64,000 nucleotides of DNA from an uncultured delta proteobacterium (GTDB lineage Bacteria; Myxococcota_A; Polyangia; Polyangiales; Polyangiaceae), in NCBI GenBank assembly GCA_963782055.1, contig CAWAIF010000003.1, positions 800,001 through 864,000 of the forward strand, in the 5' to 3' direction. The position numbers and the translations under genes are program-made. Below, in pieces: positions 38,157-48,858 of this stretch (positions are counted from its first letter, which is position 1; every line of letters begins with the position of its first letter). The notes under the pieces are model-generated. The model was given only the letters and a program-made list of their open reading frames with translations. It was not told where the DNA came from and did not search any database.

Positions 38157-39310
38157 CAGGGGAACCTCCTGAGCAGGAGCGCGCGCAGCGCCGCCTCGAG
38201 GAGGAGGAGCAAGACGGCCGGACCCAGGAGCAGGGGGAAGAGGTCCTCCATCGCCGCCGACTGCGCCAAGAACTTCGTCTTCTCCAGGCTGTCGAGGATG
38301 GAGTGCATGCTCTGCTCGAGGCCCTTCTTGTCGGTCGCGACGAAGGACTCGCCGCCGGTGTCGGCGGCCATCTTCTTGAGCAGCTCGGGGTTGACCGGGA
38401 AGTGCTGGCGCACGTAGCGGGGCTGGCCGAAGAGGTCGACGCCGTCCTGCACCTGCACCTCGTCGCCGTTGCCGATCTGGACGGTGTAGACGCGCACTCC
38501 CTGGGTCTGCGCGAGGTGCGTCGCGTACTCGGGCGAGATGGCCCCGGCGTTGGAGTCGCCGTCGGTCAGCAGGACGATCGCCTTCGACTTGGCGTTGGAG
38601 CGGCGCAGGCGCGCCACGCCGGTGCCCACCGCGTCGCCGATGGCGGTGCCGTTGCCGTCGATGAGGTCGAGCTCCATCTTCTGCACCAGCGTGGTGAGCA
38701 GGGAGTAGTCGAGCGTGGGCGGGGAGAGGACGTACGCCGCCTTGCCGAAGACCACCACGCCGATGCGGTCGGTCTTGCGGCGGCTGATGAAGTCCAGGAT
38801 GACGTCCTTCGCGGTGTCCAGGCGCGTCGGGCGCTTGCCGTTCTCGTGGACGTTCGCCCCGCCCACCGTCGCCGACGCCGGCGCGTCCATCACCGCGCGC
38901 ATGGACCCGGAGAGGTCCAGCACGATGACGATGTCGATGCCGCGCTCCCCCGCCTTCTCGCCGTGGAGCACGTTCTGCGGCTGCGCGAGCGCCATGAACG
39001 CGACCGTGAGCGCCGCGCCGCGGAGCATGCCGGGGAGGTAGCGGAGGCGCGTGCGCCAGCCGCGCGGGCCGCCCGTGAGCCCCGCGAGCGTGGAGAGGAA
39101 GACGCGCGGCGCGCGCCCCTCCCCGCCGACGGTCATCGCGTAGGTGACGATGGGCGGCAACAGCAGCGCGCCGAGCAGCCACCACTTCGCCGTCCACTTC
39201 ACGGCGAGCCACTCGTCGCCGCGGGCGAGGAGCGGGTAGAGCAGCGCGAGGGCGACGAGCACCCACCGCCCGAGCTCCACCAGGATGGCGCGCACCCACG
39301 GGCGGCTCAC
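38156..39310 (-). CDS. batA: BatA VWA-domain membrane protein
   Basis: LAQP, GIDIVIVLDLSGSM, DRIGVVVFG, GTAIGDAV, LLTDGDSNAG.ISP, TGGESF.A. Confidence 0.9.
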   Translation of the reverse strand: MSRPWVRAILVELGRWVLVALALLYPLLARGDEWLAVKWTAKWWLLGALLLPPIVTYAMTVGGEGRAPRVFLSTLAGLTGGPRGWRTRLRYLPGMLRGAALTVAFMALAQPQNVLHGEKAGERGIDIVIVLDLSGSMRAVMDAPASATVGGANVHENGKRPTRLDTAKDVILDFISRRKTDRIGVVVFGKAAYVLSPPTLDYSLLTTLVQKMELDLIDGNGTAIGDAVGTGVARLRRSNAKSKAIVLLTDGDSNAGAISPEYATHLAQTQGVRVYTVQIGNGDEVQVQDGVDLFGQPRYVRQHFPVNPELLKKMAADTGGESFVATDKKGLEQSMHSILDSLEKTKFLAQSAAMEDLFPLLLGPAVLLLLLEAALRALLLRRFP

Positions 39311-40503
39311 GCGTCACCTCCGGGGTCGGCGGGCGGTGGCGCCGCGGGCGCGGTCGGCGCGACGGGCGGGGTCGTCGGCGGCTCGGGCGGCGGCACCGTC
39401 GCCGCTCGCGCGGGGGACAGCGGCGGCATGGTGGTGCGCACGATCTTCTCGCCCGTCTCCAGCGCCTTGCGGCAGTCCTCGAGCGAAGGCGTGACGTTGG
39501 CGAACTTCACCAGATCGCACTCGCCGAGGAAGGCGACGATCTCCGGGAGCTGGCCGCCGGTGAGGGCGGAGCGGCGCAGCTCGGCGATCATCTCGTCGGT
39601 CGTCGACTCCAGACCATCGAAGCCGTAGCGCCCGCCGAGGTACTCGCGCAGGGCGTCGTTGACGCGGTCGAAGTAGTCGCCGAAGCGGCCGACGTCGAGC
39701 AGCCCCGCGTGGCGCACCTCGTCCAGCTTCTCCAGGGCGACCTCCCACGGCGGGCGCGGCGGAGGGGGCGGCGGCGCGGGCCGGGGGCGCGTCAGCCAGC
39801 GGCGCAGGATGTACGCGAGGATCGCGCCGGCGAGCAGGCCGACGCCCACCCACGTCGCCGCGCGCTTGAGGGCCGTCCACTCCTCGCGCTGCGGGCGCGG
39901 CGGCGGGTTGGCCTTCGGCTTGGCGTCGGGCGTCTCGGCGGTGGGGTCGTCGATGGTGATGTGGTGCTCGTGGGTGCAGACGGTGGCGACGTCGCCGCTC
40001 GCCCGCGAGACCGAGATGGGCAGCGGCGGCAGGGTGAGCACGTGACGGCCGGGCTTGTCCGGCAGCGCGACGAGCGGGAGCTCCAGGGTCGTCGTCACCT
40101 TCCCCGCCTTCTTCGGGTCGGGGGCGGAGACGGTGAGCCGGGCCCCCGCGCTGCCGTCCTGGTCGGGGAACGCCCAGCCGGAGGTCTTGAGCTGCTTGGC
40201 CACGTCGGAGGTCGATTGCAGGGAGAGGCCCGCGGGCAGGACCGTCTCGCCCTTGCCGTGCAGCACCTTCACGACGAGCGTCGCCGCGTAGCCGCTGCGC
40301 CCCCTGTCGGGGAGCGTGTCGGTGACCTCCGGTCGCTGCGCGCCTTGCGGGATGACCTCCACGCACCCGCCGATGGACGCGCCCTTTGGCGGAGGGGGCG
40401 GCGGCGGGGGAGACGCGGCCGACGGAGACTGCGCGAACGCCGGCGCGGCGGCGCCGGCGCCGAGCGCGAGGACCAACGACAGCAGGCCGCGCGCGCGGGT
40501 CAT
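39307..40503 (-). CDS. Membrane protein of the moxR-bat cluster (DUF4381-like position)
   Basis: Signal peptide, Ig-like domain, TM, PPWEVALEKL, LREYLG.RYG...ESTT.E, CDLVKFA. Confidence 0.75.
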   Translation of the reverse strand: MTRARGLLSLVLALGAGAAAPAFAQSPSAASPPPPPPPPKGASIGGCVEVIPQGAQRPEVTDTLPDRGRSGYAATLVVKVLHGKGETVLPAGLSLQSTSDVAKQLKTSGWAFPDQDGSAGARLTVSAPDPKKAGKVTTTLELPLVALPDKPGRHVLTLPPLPISVSRASGDVATVCTHEHHITIDDPTAETPDAKPKANPPPRPQREEWTALKRAATWVGVGLLAGAILAYILRRWLTRPRPAPPPPPPRPPWEVALEKLDEVRHAGLLDVGRFGDYFDRVNDALREYLGGRYGFDGLESTTDEMIAELRRSALTGGQLPEIVAFLGECDLVKFANVTPSLEDCRKALETGEKIVRTTMPPLSPARAATVPPPEPPTTPPVAPTAPAAPPPADPGGDA

Positions 40504-41438
40504 CGGGTGCGCACCCTCCGGGCGCGCCGGGCGAAGAGATCCTGCAGCGGCTTGACGAACGAGGCGTTGGTGTGGACCTCCACCGCGTCCATGCCCAGCT
40601 TGAGGAAGAGCTGCCGGCGCGCGGCCGCGAGCGCGCGCATGGCGTGGGCATGATGCGCGCGCACGCGCGGATCGCCGGTGTCGACGACGATCGTCGCGCC
40701 GCTCTCCAGGTCCTCGAAGGTGGCCAGGCCCACGTCGGGCAGCTCCATGTCGCGCGGATCGACGAGCACCACCGGGATGACGTCGTGCTTGGCCGCGGCG
40801 AGCGCCAGCGCGCGCTCGTAGCCCTGCGCGAAGAAGTCGCTGATGACGAAGGCGATGCTGCGGCGGCGCGCGACGCCCACCAGCGCCTCCAGCGCGCCCT
40901 TGAGGTCGGTCGCGGGGCCGAGCGGGTTCATCGCCGCCTTGGCGTGGACCTCCTCGCGGGCGTGAGTGCCGATGTTCGGATCGAAGCCGAGGATCTCCCG
41001 CACGACGCGCATGACGTGCTTCTCGCCCTTCTTCGGCGGCACGAGGCGCTCCACCTTGTGGGTGGCGAGGATCATCCCGACCCGGTCGTTGTTGCGGATG
41101 GCGCTGAAGGCCAGCAGCGCAGCCACCTCCGAGGCGACGCGCACCTTGGGGGCGCGGCGCGTGCCGAAGCGCTCGCTGGGGGAGAGGTCGACGACCAGCA
41201 TGACGGTCATCTCCCGCTCCTCGACGAACACCTTGACGAAGGTGTCGTTCATGCGGGCGGAGACGTTCCAGTCGATGCTGCGCACGTCGTCGCCGGGCTG
41301 GTAAGGGCGCACCTCCCGGAAGGCGAGGCCCTGGCCCTTGAAGCTCGAGGTGTAGGTGCCCGAGAGGTTCTCCGTCGCGAGGCGCGCGGTGTGAATCTCG
41401 ATGGTGCGCAGGGCGGCGAGGAGCTCCTTCGGGATCAT
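40500..41438 (-). CDS. DUF58 domain protein
   Basis: FKGQGLAFREVRPYQPGDDVRSIDWNVSAR, VKVFVEERE, DLSPS, NDRVG, ISDF. Confidence 0.92.
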   Translation of the reverse strand: MIPKELLAALRTIEIHTARLATENLSGTYTSSFKGQGLAFREVRPYQPGDDVRSIDWNVSARMNDTFVKVFVEEREMTVMLVVDLSPSERFGTRRAPKVRVASEVAALLAFSAIRNNDRVGMILATHKVERLVPPKKGEKHVMRVVREILGFDPNIGTHAREEVHAKAAMNPLGPATDLKGALEALVGVARRRSIAFVISDFFAQGYERALALAAAKHDVIPVVLVDPRDMELPDVGLATFEDLESGATIVVDTGDPRVRAHHAHAMRALAAARRQLFLKLGMDAVEVHTNASFVKPLQDLFARRARRVRTR

Positions 41439-41587
41439 CGAGGACGGCAGACCTTGGGGGGTGGGCGCGCGGGCGCTCTTGAACCCGGCCCGGGTAGACA
41501 GCCGGACGCTGGAAACTATTCCGCTTCGGGGCCCGGAGGATAGGCCAAAAGCCGGGCCGAGGCCCGGGGGCGTGCTAGGTGCAGCGC

Positions 41588-41986
41588 ATGAAGCAGTCGG
41601 CAGGGCTGTTGCTGTACACCGGGGTGGGGGAGGGGCGCCGGGTGCTGCTGGTTCACGCCTCCGGCGCGTACAACCGCGCCTCGCCGTACTCCATCCCCAA
41701 GGGTGAGCCGGAGGGGGACGAGCCGCTGGAGGCCGCCGCCCGCCGCGAGACGATGGAAGAGGTGGGGGTCGAGGTGAAGGGGCCGCTCGTCTCGCTGGGG
41801 CACGCCGACTACCAGAAGACGCGCAAGCGCGTGCACGCGTGGGCCGCGCCGCTGCCCGAGGGGGCGACGCCGCGGTGCGCGTCGTGGGAGATCGACAGGG
41901 CGGAGCTGGTGACGATGGCCCGCGCCCGCGAGCTCCTCCACCCCGACCTGCGCGTCTTCCTGGACGGCCTCACCGCGCTCCCCTGA
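41588..41986 (+). CDS. NUDIX hydrolase
   Basis: Complete Nudix box GEPEGDEPLEAAARRETMEEVGV; SAGLLLY, VLLVH, SIPKG, EIDRA. Confidence 0.9.
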   Translation: MKQSAGLLLYTGVGEGRRVLLVHASGAYNRASPYSIPKGEPEGDEPLEAAARRETMEEVGVEVKGPLVSLGHADYQKTRKRVHAWAAPLPEGATPRCASWEIDRAELVTMARARELLHPDLRVFLDGLTALP

Positions 41987-42008
41987 TGGGCGGCCGCCGC
42001 CATCCTCA

Positions 42009-42995
<987 letters not shown>

Positions 42996-43130
42996 GGCGG
43001 GCCATTTAGCACACATCCCGCCCGGTCCATTCCCGTGCCCGCGCCGTGCCGTGCCGGCGGCGTGCTTCGCCGGGAGCTGGTGCGTCGGGTGCCCCTGCGA
43101 GGGCACGCGCACGGGGCACTCCGCGTCACT

Positions 43131-43727
43131 TCACGCCAGGATCTCTTCGGTATCTCTCTTCATCGCCCCCGGCGCGGGCGCCACCACGTACGACAGGGAG
43201 AGCAGCTCGATCAGCATCGACCGGTACACCAGGGCGACGTCGTCCACGTCCACGTCGTCCTTCGACTCGCCGGTCCGCGCGTCCAGCGCCGCCTCGACGT
43301 GCTCGTTCAGGAAGGCCACCAGCGCCGGCTGCTCCTGCGCCACCACGTCCTCGACCTCCACCGGCTCGTGGGCTCGCGCGGCGCGCAGCTCCTCCTCCAG
43401 ACCGAGCGCCTCCTCGATGGCGCGCAGCAGCACCTCGTCCACCGGCGCGATGCGCCCGGCGAACTGCCGCTCGAACGCCAGCCAGACGGCGATGCCGAGG
43501 AAGTAGCCGAGGGCTAGGGCGGTGTCGTCCAGCGGGCGGGAGAGCACCGCGTTCAGCTTGGTGGCGAGCGCGGGCTGGGAAGTCTCGAACCGGGCGAACG
43601 CCGCGTCCAGATCGTCCTCGGCTTCGTCCGCCTCCGACGAGAGCTCCTCCTCGACCTTCTCGAGGGTCCGCTTGTCGATGACCGAATGGACCGGTATCGG
43701 ACGGATGGCGGCTCCGCGCGTCCACAC
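43131..43727 (-). CDS. Acidic hypothetical protein
   Basis: Coding-like codon usage; internal repeat QPALA/QPALV; co-oriented upstream of moxR. Confidence 0.7.
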   Translation of the reverse strand: MWTRGAAIRPIPVHSVIDKRTLEKVEEELSSEADEAEDDLDAAFARFETSQPALATKLNAVLSRPLDDTALALGYFLGIAVWLAFERQFAGRIAPVDEVLLRAIEEALGLEEELRAARAHEPVEVEDVVAQEQPALVAFLNEHVEAALDARTGESKDDVDVDDVALVYRSMLIELLSLSYVVAPAPGAMKRDTEEILA

Positions 43728-43775
43728 GCCATGGAGTCTACGGCAACTCCTCGCGGATGGCGACGGCCACGCGCG

Positions 43776-44393
43776 TCACTTGCTCTTGCTGCCGGTGAGC
43801 CACGCGAAGGCGATGCCCACCGTCGCCGGCAGCCGGATCTGCACGCCGAGCATGAGCTGGAAGACGTTGTCGACGGCGAACTGCCCGTAGCCGCCCTCGA
43901 CGAAGCCGCCGATGCCCGCCTCGCCGAACGCCACGCCGAACGCGCCGCCGTCATGGTCGAGGCCGCCGTACGACCCGGAGGCGAACTGCGCGTACTCCAG
44001 CGCGACGCGCAGCGCCATGCCGCGGCCGAGGTCGGGGCTCTGCGGGTCGTACAGGAGGCGGAGCTGGGCGCCGCCGTCGATGCGGATGATGCCGCGCTTC
44101 GTGTACCGCCGGTAGAAGGCGAGGGTCCCCTCCAGGTAGGCGCCGTGGATCTCGCGCACGTCGCCGCCCTCGAAGAGGTAGCCCAGGCCAAGGTCGACGC
44201 GGCGCCCGAGGAAGCCGGGGTCGAAGGCGAGGGGGAAGAAGCCCACGTGCACCGCGCCCGGCACGTCGATGCCCTGCGTGGAGGTGTCGCGCACGCCCGT
44301 CGCCAGGTCGACGCGCGTGGGAGGAACGCCGTACGGCATCGCGATGCACCCGGCGCAGCCCAGCGCCAGGACGCATGGCCACGCCCGGCTCAT
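43776..44393 (-). CDS. Hypothetical outer-membrane/lipoprotein, beta-strand rich
   Basis: ATGA overlap; CAGC lipobox-like; alternating aromatic/Gly strands. Confidence 0.6.
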   Translation of the reverse strand: MSRAWPCVLALGCAGCIAMPYGVPPTRVDLATGVRDTSTQGIDVPGAVHVGFFPLAFDPGFLGRRVDLGLGYLFEGGDVREIHGAYLEGTLAFYRRYTKRGIIRIDGGAQLRLLYDPQSPDLGRGMALRVALEYAQFASGSYGGLDHDGGAFGVAFGEAGIGGFVEGGYGQFAVDNVFQLMLGVQIRLPATVGIAFAWLTGSKSK

Positions 44394-44944
44394 CGACGCG
44401 ACCGCTGCGCCGGACGGAGCAGGCGCACGCACCAGGCGACGGCGAGCGCGGAGACGGCGAGCGCGACGAGCACGGCGCGGCCGAGGGAGGCCTGCACGAT
44501 GGGCTGCGTCCCGAAGTCCCCCTGGAACTGCGCGTAGGTGGCGCTGGTGGAGAGCCGCCGCTGCAAGATGGCCGCGATCAGCGCCGCCAGCGCGGCGGGC
44601 ACCCCGACGGCCGCCAGCATGCCGCCGGAGCGTCCGCCGCGGGCGAGCGGCGCGCCCAGCGCGAAGCCCGCCGGGACCGCCGCGGCGCAGGCGAGCACCA
44701 GGGCGAGGTCGACGGCCGAAGGCACCCGCCGCCAGGGCACGAAGTAGAGGTAGACCCAGTCGCCGTGGAAGGTGGTGAAGTAGCCGATGGCGGGGGCGTA
44801 GACGAGCGCGGCGTACGCCACCGCGATGCGGAAGGGGCGGGAGGTGACCACCGACCCGTCGTGGTGTGCGACCTCGGCCCGGGCGATCCACGCGAACGCG
44901 GCCCCCAGCGAGAGGGCGACCAGGACGGCGATCGGCAGCGGCAC
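44390..44944 (-). CDS. Hypothetical membrane protein (about 5 TM)
   Basis: GTG start, VPLPIAVLVALSLG..., FHGDWVYLYF. Confidence 0.65.
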   Translation of the reverse strand: MPLPIAVLVALSLGAAFAWIARAEVAHHDGSVVTSRPFRIAVAYAALVYAPAIGYFTTFHGDWVYLYFVPWRRVPSAVDLALVLACAAAVPAGFALGAPLARGGRSGGMLAAVGVPAALAALIAAILQRRLSTSATYAQFQGDFGTQPIVQASLGRAVLVALAVSALAVAWCVRLLRPAQRSRR

Positions 44945-45065
44945 GCTCCGATCGGTACCACACCGCCCGGGGCCCCGAAATCTCGGCCCGCCGCGCGATG
45001 GTTGGCAGGCGAACGATCGGCCGCGGGAGGGACCCGAGGCAGAAACGGCCCGCCGGTCCGTATGG

Positions 45066-45551
45066 ATGAGCATGCGTCCCCTCATCCTCCTCCCACTCGC
45101 CTGGGGCCTCGCCGCCTGCGGGGGGGCGCCGCCCCCTCCCGTCCAGTCGGCCGTCGTCGTGCCGCCCCCTGACACGTCGTCGGCACCCGCCCCCTCGAGC
45201 GCGCCGGCGCCCCCTCCTCCTGCCCCCACCGCCGCGGCAGGGCTGGCGCCTCAGGGCGGGCCGCGGCCGACCCGCCTCCCCGGCAGCCCGATCCACTTCG
45301 GAGGGGGCGACGGCGCCTCGCAGGCGGCGGCCATCGTCGTCCTCGGCGCCAAGGGGGAGACGGACGGGGTGGCTGCAGAATACAACTATCTGGAGCTGGT
45401 CTACGGGCAGCGCAACGTCGACTGGAAGGTCACCCAGCAGTCGCTGCTCTCCGACGCCGACCGCTCCTTCGACGCGCTGACGGTCGTCTTCCCTGGCGGC
45501 GCCACCAAGCTGGTCTACTTCGACATCACCGACTACTTCGGCAAGATGTGA
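45066..45551 (+). CDS. Hypothetical lipoprotein
   Basis: Lipobox LAAC, Pro-rich linker, compact domain GGDGAS..A..GVAAEYNYL..YFDITDYFGK. Confidence 0.7.
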   Translation: MSMRPLILLPLAWGLAACGGAPPPPVQSAVVVPPPDTSSAPAPSSAPAPPPPAPTAAAGLAPQGGPRPTRLPGSPIHFGGGDGASQAAAIVVLGAKGETDGVAAEYNYLELVYGQRNVDWKVTQQSLLSDADRSFDALTVVFPGGATKLVYFDITDYFGKM

Positions 45552-45624
45552 CCGCGCGCCCACGCGCCGGCGGGGCGTGGCCCCAGCCGCCGCGGCCGTC
45601 GCGCCGTGCTACGTTCCGCGGGCC

Positions 45625-46386
45625 ATGGACCGCCACCGACTGCAGGAACTGCTCGAGCGTGTCTCCCGGGGGGAGGAGAGCGTGGACACGGCGCTGGGCG
45701 TGCTCAAGAACCTGCCCTTCTCCGACATCGGCTACGCGGTGGTGGATCACCACCGCGCGCTGCGCCAGGGCGTGGCGGAGGTGATCCTCGGCCAGGGCAA
45801 GACGGCGGAGCAGATCGTGGGGGTGGCGCGCGAGCTGGCGCGCGCCGGCAGCAACGTGCTGGTCACCCGCGTGGCGCCCGACCTCGCCGCCACCGTGCGC
45901 GTGTCGCTGCCCGACATGCGCTACGGCGAGCTGGCACGCACCCTGACGCTGGAGCAGGCGGCCATCCCCGCCCTCTGCGAGCAGGCCGTCGCGCTGGTCA
46001 GCGCCGGCACGAGCGATCTGCCCGTCGCCGAGGAGTGCGCGGAGACGCTGCGCGTCCTTGGCGTCCCGTGCGAGCGCGTCTTCGACGTGGGCGTCTCCGG
46101 CATCCACCGCATCCTGCACCGCCGCGAGGTGCTCGAGCGCGCGCCGCTGGCCATCGTCGTCGCCGGCATGGAGGGCGCGCTCGCGAGCGTGGTCGGCGGC
46201 CTGGTCGACATCCCCGTCATCGCGGTGCCGACGTCGGTCGGGTACGGCGCGGCGTTCGGCGGCGTGGCCGCCCTGCTCGGGATGCTGACGAGCTGCGCGT
46301 CCGGAGTGACGGTGGTGAACATCGACAACGGGTTCGGCGCGGCGTTCGCGGCGGCGAGGATCCTTCGCGGCCGGAAGAGGGCGTGA
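45625..46386 (+). CDS. larB: Nickel-pincer cofactor biosynthesis carboxylase/hydrolase
   Basis: DHHRALRQG..EVI..GKT, AGTSDLPVAEE, DVGVSGIHR, AGMEGALASVVGG, PTSVGYG, SCASG..VVNIDNGFGA. Confidence 0.93.
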   Translation: MDRHRLQELLERVSRGEESVDTALGVLKNLPFSDIGYAVVDHHRALRQGVAEVILGQGKTAEQIVGVARELARAGSNVLVTRVAPDLAATVRVSLPDMRYGELARTLTLEQAAIPALCEQAVALVSAGTSDLPVAEECAETLRVLGVPCERVFDVGVSGIHRILHRREVLERAPLAIVVAGMEGALASVVGGLVDIPVIAVPTSVGYGAAFGGVAALLGMLTSCASGVTVVNIDNGFGAAFAAARILRGRKRA

Positions 46387-47669
46387 TGGGGCACGAGGGC
46401 CACGGGCACGAGCACGACCACGGGCACGAGCACGACCACGGGCACGGACACGAGCACGAGCACGACCACGGACAAGAGAAGCTGGGGAACCGGGCGGGGA
46501 GGGGGAAGGTGCTGTTCCTCGATGCGCCCAGCGGGATCGCGGGGGACATGACCATCGCCGCCCTCATCGACCTCGGGGTGCCGGTGACTGTGCTCGAGGA
46601 GGCCCTGGAGGCCGTCCCGCTCACGGGCTACCACGTGCACTTCTCCCACCGGGAGCGGAGCGGCATCGTGGCCACCACCTTCGACGTGCACCTGGACTCG
46701 CCGCAGCCGGAGCGGACGTACGGCGGCATCCGCGAGATGCTGGAGAAGACGGAGCTGCCCGAGGCGGTGAAGGCACGCGCCCTCGGCACCTTCCGGCGGC
46801 TCGCCGAGTCGGAGGCGCACGTGCACCGCATGCCCATCGACGACGTGCACTTCCACGAGGTGGGCGCGATCGACGCCATCGTGGACGTGGTGGGGAGCGC
46901 GGCGCTCCTCGCGTACCTGGACGCGGAGGTGCGCGTCTCCCCGCTGCCGATGGGCCGCGGCTTCGTCAAGGCGCGGCACGGCACCCTCCCGCTCCCGCCG
47001 CCCGCCGTGGTGGACTGCCTCCGCGGCTTCTCCACCTACGACGGCGGGCTGGACTTCGAGTTCGTGACGCCGACGGGCGCCGCCATCGTCGCCGCCAACG
47101 CCGCGCGCTCCGAGCGCTGGCCCGACATGACGCCGGAGGCGACAGGCTGGGGCGCGGGCGCGGCCGAGCTCGCCGATCGCCCCAACCTTCTGCGTGCGGT
47201 GCTGGGCGAGCCGACCCTCCGCGCGGGGGAGGCCCACACGCACGTGGTGCTGGAGGCCAACCTGGACGATGCCACCGGCGAGCTCGTCGGCGCCGCCATC
47301 GAGTCGGTGCTCGCCGCCGGCGCGCTGGACGTGTGGGCTGCCCCGGTGACGATGAAGAAGGGGAGACCAGGCGTCACGCTCGGCGCCCTCGCCCCGGCGG
47401 CGCGCGCCGACGCCGTCACGTTCGCCCTGCTGCGCGACACCACCACCCTCGGCGTGCGCCGGCACGGCGTCTCGCGCACCGAGCGACCCCGCCACGTGGT
47501 CGAGGTGGAGACCGCCTTCGGACCCATCCCCGTCAAGGTGGGTGAGGGCCCGTACGGTCCGCCTCAGGTCAAGCCCGAGTTCGACGCCTGCCTCGCCGCC
47601 GCGCGTACGCATGGGGTGACGGTGCGGGAGGTGCTCCAGGCCGCGCTGGTGGCGTTCGCCGCACGGTGA
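46386..47669 (+). CDS. larC: Nickel-pincer cofactor nickel insertase with N-terminal His-rich tract
   Basis: TGATG coupling with larB; SGIAGDM, AESEAHVH...VHFHEVGAIDAIVD, TPTGAA, EANLDD, MKKGRPG, TTTLGVR, KPEFD. Confidence 0.93.
   Translation: MGHEGHGHEHDHGHEHDHGHGHEHEHDHGQEKLGNRAGRGKVLFLDAPSGIAGDMTIAALIDLGVPVTVLEEALEAVPLTGYHVHFSHRERSGIVATTFDVHLDSPQPERTYGGIREMLEKTELPEAVKARALGTFRRLAESEAHVHRMPIDDVHFHEVGAIDAIVDVVGSAALLAYLDAEVRVSPLPMGRGFVKARHGTLPLPPPAVVDCLRGFSTYDGGLDFEFVTPTGAAIVAANAARSERWPDMTPEATGWGAGAAELADRPNLLRAVLGEPTLRAGEAHTHVVLEANLDDATGELVGAAIESVLAAGALDVWAAPVTMKKGRPGVTLGALAPAARADAVTFALLRDTTTLGVRRHGVSRTERPRHVVEVETAFGPIPVKVGEGPYGPPQVKPEFDACLAAARTHGVTVREVLQAALVAFAAR
46392..46472 (+). repeat. 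CAC-GRN hexamer repeats encoding an (H-x)n tract
   Basis: HEGHGHEHDHGHEHDHGHGHEHEHDHG, 13 His in the first 28 residues. Confidence 0.85.
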
Positions 47670-47738
47670 TCCAGGCGTGGTGATATGCTGCGGCCGCGCG
47701 TCACGACGGCGCGCCGAGAACCATTCAGGGTTGGACAC

Positions 47739-48857
47739 ATGAACTGCCCGCAGTGCAACACGCCGGCAAAGGCCACCGACAAGTTCTGCAACTCGTGTGG
47801 ATTCCTGCTGCAGCAGGCCGCGCCCGCGGCGGCGCCTGCCGCAGGCGGTCCGCCCCCCGCGTTCGGCGGTCCGCCGCAGGGCGGCGCGCCGCCCGCGCAG
47901 CAGCAGGGTTTCGGCGCCCCGCCGGGCTTCGGCGGCCCCCCCGCGCCGCCTCCGTACGAACCGCCGCCTGCGTTCGGCGGGGCTCCTCCGCAGCAGCAAG
48001 GCTTCGGTGGTCCCCCTCCGCAGCAGCAAGGCTTCGGTGGCCCTCCGCAGCAGCAAGGCTTCGGCGGTCCCCCTCCGCAGCAGCAAGGCTTCGGCGGCCC
48101 CCCTCCGCAGCAGCAAGGCTTCGGCGGCCCCCCTCCGCAGCAGCAAGGCTTCGGTGGTCCCCCTCCGCAGCAGCAAGGCTTCGGTGGTCCCCCTCCGCAG
48201 CAGCAAGGCTTCGGTGGTCCCCCTCCGCAGCAGTACGCGCCGCCGCCGCAGCAGCAGTACGGGGCTCCTCCTCCGCAGCAGCCCGCGTACGGCAACGCGC
48301 CGGCCGCCCAGTGCGCGCAGGGCCACGAGATCCCGCCCGGCGCGAGCTACTGCGCGATGGGCCATCCCCTCGCCGTCCAGGGCATGGACCAGTACGCCGG
48401 CGGCCAGGCGCCGCCCGCCTTCGGCGGCGCCCCGCAGGGCTTCGCCCCGCCGCCCGCCGGCCAGCCGCAGAGCTTCGGCAGCGCGCCCACCGCGCCGCCG
48501 GAGCAGTCCGCGCCGCAGCTCACCTCCACCTCGCTCCGCGGGTTCCTCGTCACCTTCCAGAGCAACGGGGCGGGTGACTTCTGGCCTCTCAAGGGCGGCC
48601 GGGTCGTCGTCGGCCGGGCGCAGTCGGGCGATGGTCTGGACATCCCGCTCGCCGACGCCACCATCTCCTCCCGCCACGCCGCCTTCGTGGTCGATGGTCT
48701 CGCCGGCACCATCCTCATCGAGGACACCGGCTCCACCAACGGGACCTACGTCAACGAGGAGCACATCGGGATGAACGGCCGCCGCAATCTGCGGGACGGC
48801 GACAAGGTCCGCTTTGGCGGGTACACGACCATCGTCAAGATCATCGGTAACGTGTGA
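47739..48857 (+). CDS. Zinc-ribbon / low-complexity / FHA domain protein
   Basis: CPQC...FCNSCG; PPPQQQGFGG repeats; CAQGH..YCAMGH second ribbon; FHA GR...SSRHA...DTGSTNGTYVN..LRDGD. Confidence 0.9.
   Translation: MNCPQCNTPAKATDKFCNSCGFLLQQAAPAAAPAAGGPPPAFGGPPQGGAPPAQQQGFGAPPGFGGPPAPPPYEPPPAFGGAPPQQQGFGGPPPQQQGFGGPPQQQGFGGPPPQQQGFGGPPPQQQGFGGPPPQQQGFGGPPPQQQGFGGPPPQQQGFGGPPPQQYAPPPQQQYGAPPPQQPAYGNAPAAQCAQGHEIPPGASYCAMGHPLAVQGMDQYAGGQAPPAFGGAPQGFAPPPAGQPQSFGSAPTAPPEQSAPQLTSTSLRGFLVTFQSNGAGDFWPLKGGRVVVGRAQSGDGLDIPLADATISSRHAAFVVDGLAGTILIEDTGSTNGTYVNEEHIGMNGRRNLRDGDKVRFGGYTTIVKIIGNV
47985..48233 (+). repeat. Coding tandem repeat, 30-bp unit x8 plus partial
   Basis: Unit CCTCCGCAGCAGCAAGGCTTCGGYGGYCCC; the second copy is 27 bp; encodes PPQQQGFGGP. 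Confidence 0.95.
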
Positions 48858-48858
48858 G

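Noticed and set aside
46386..47669. Programmed frameshift in larC (larC1/larC2 type)
   Set aside because: The gene is one continuous reading frame here.
47985..48233. 30-bp repeats as a CRISPR array
   Set aside because: The units are contiguous with no unique spacers, lie in frame within a CDS, and no cas genes are present.
47564..48295. Minus-strand Cys-rich ORF (CCCGGGPPKP)n as a metallothionein-like protein
   Set aside because: It is the antisense reading of the PPPQQQGFGG repeat in the well-supported FHA gene.
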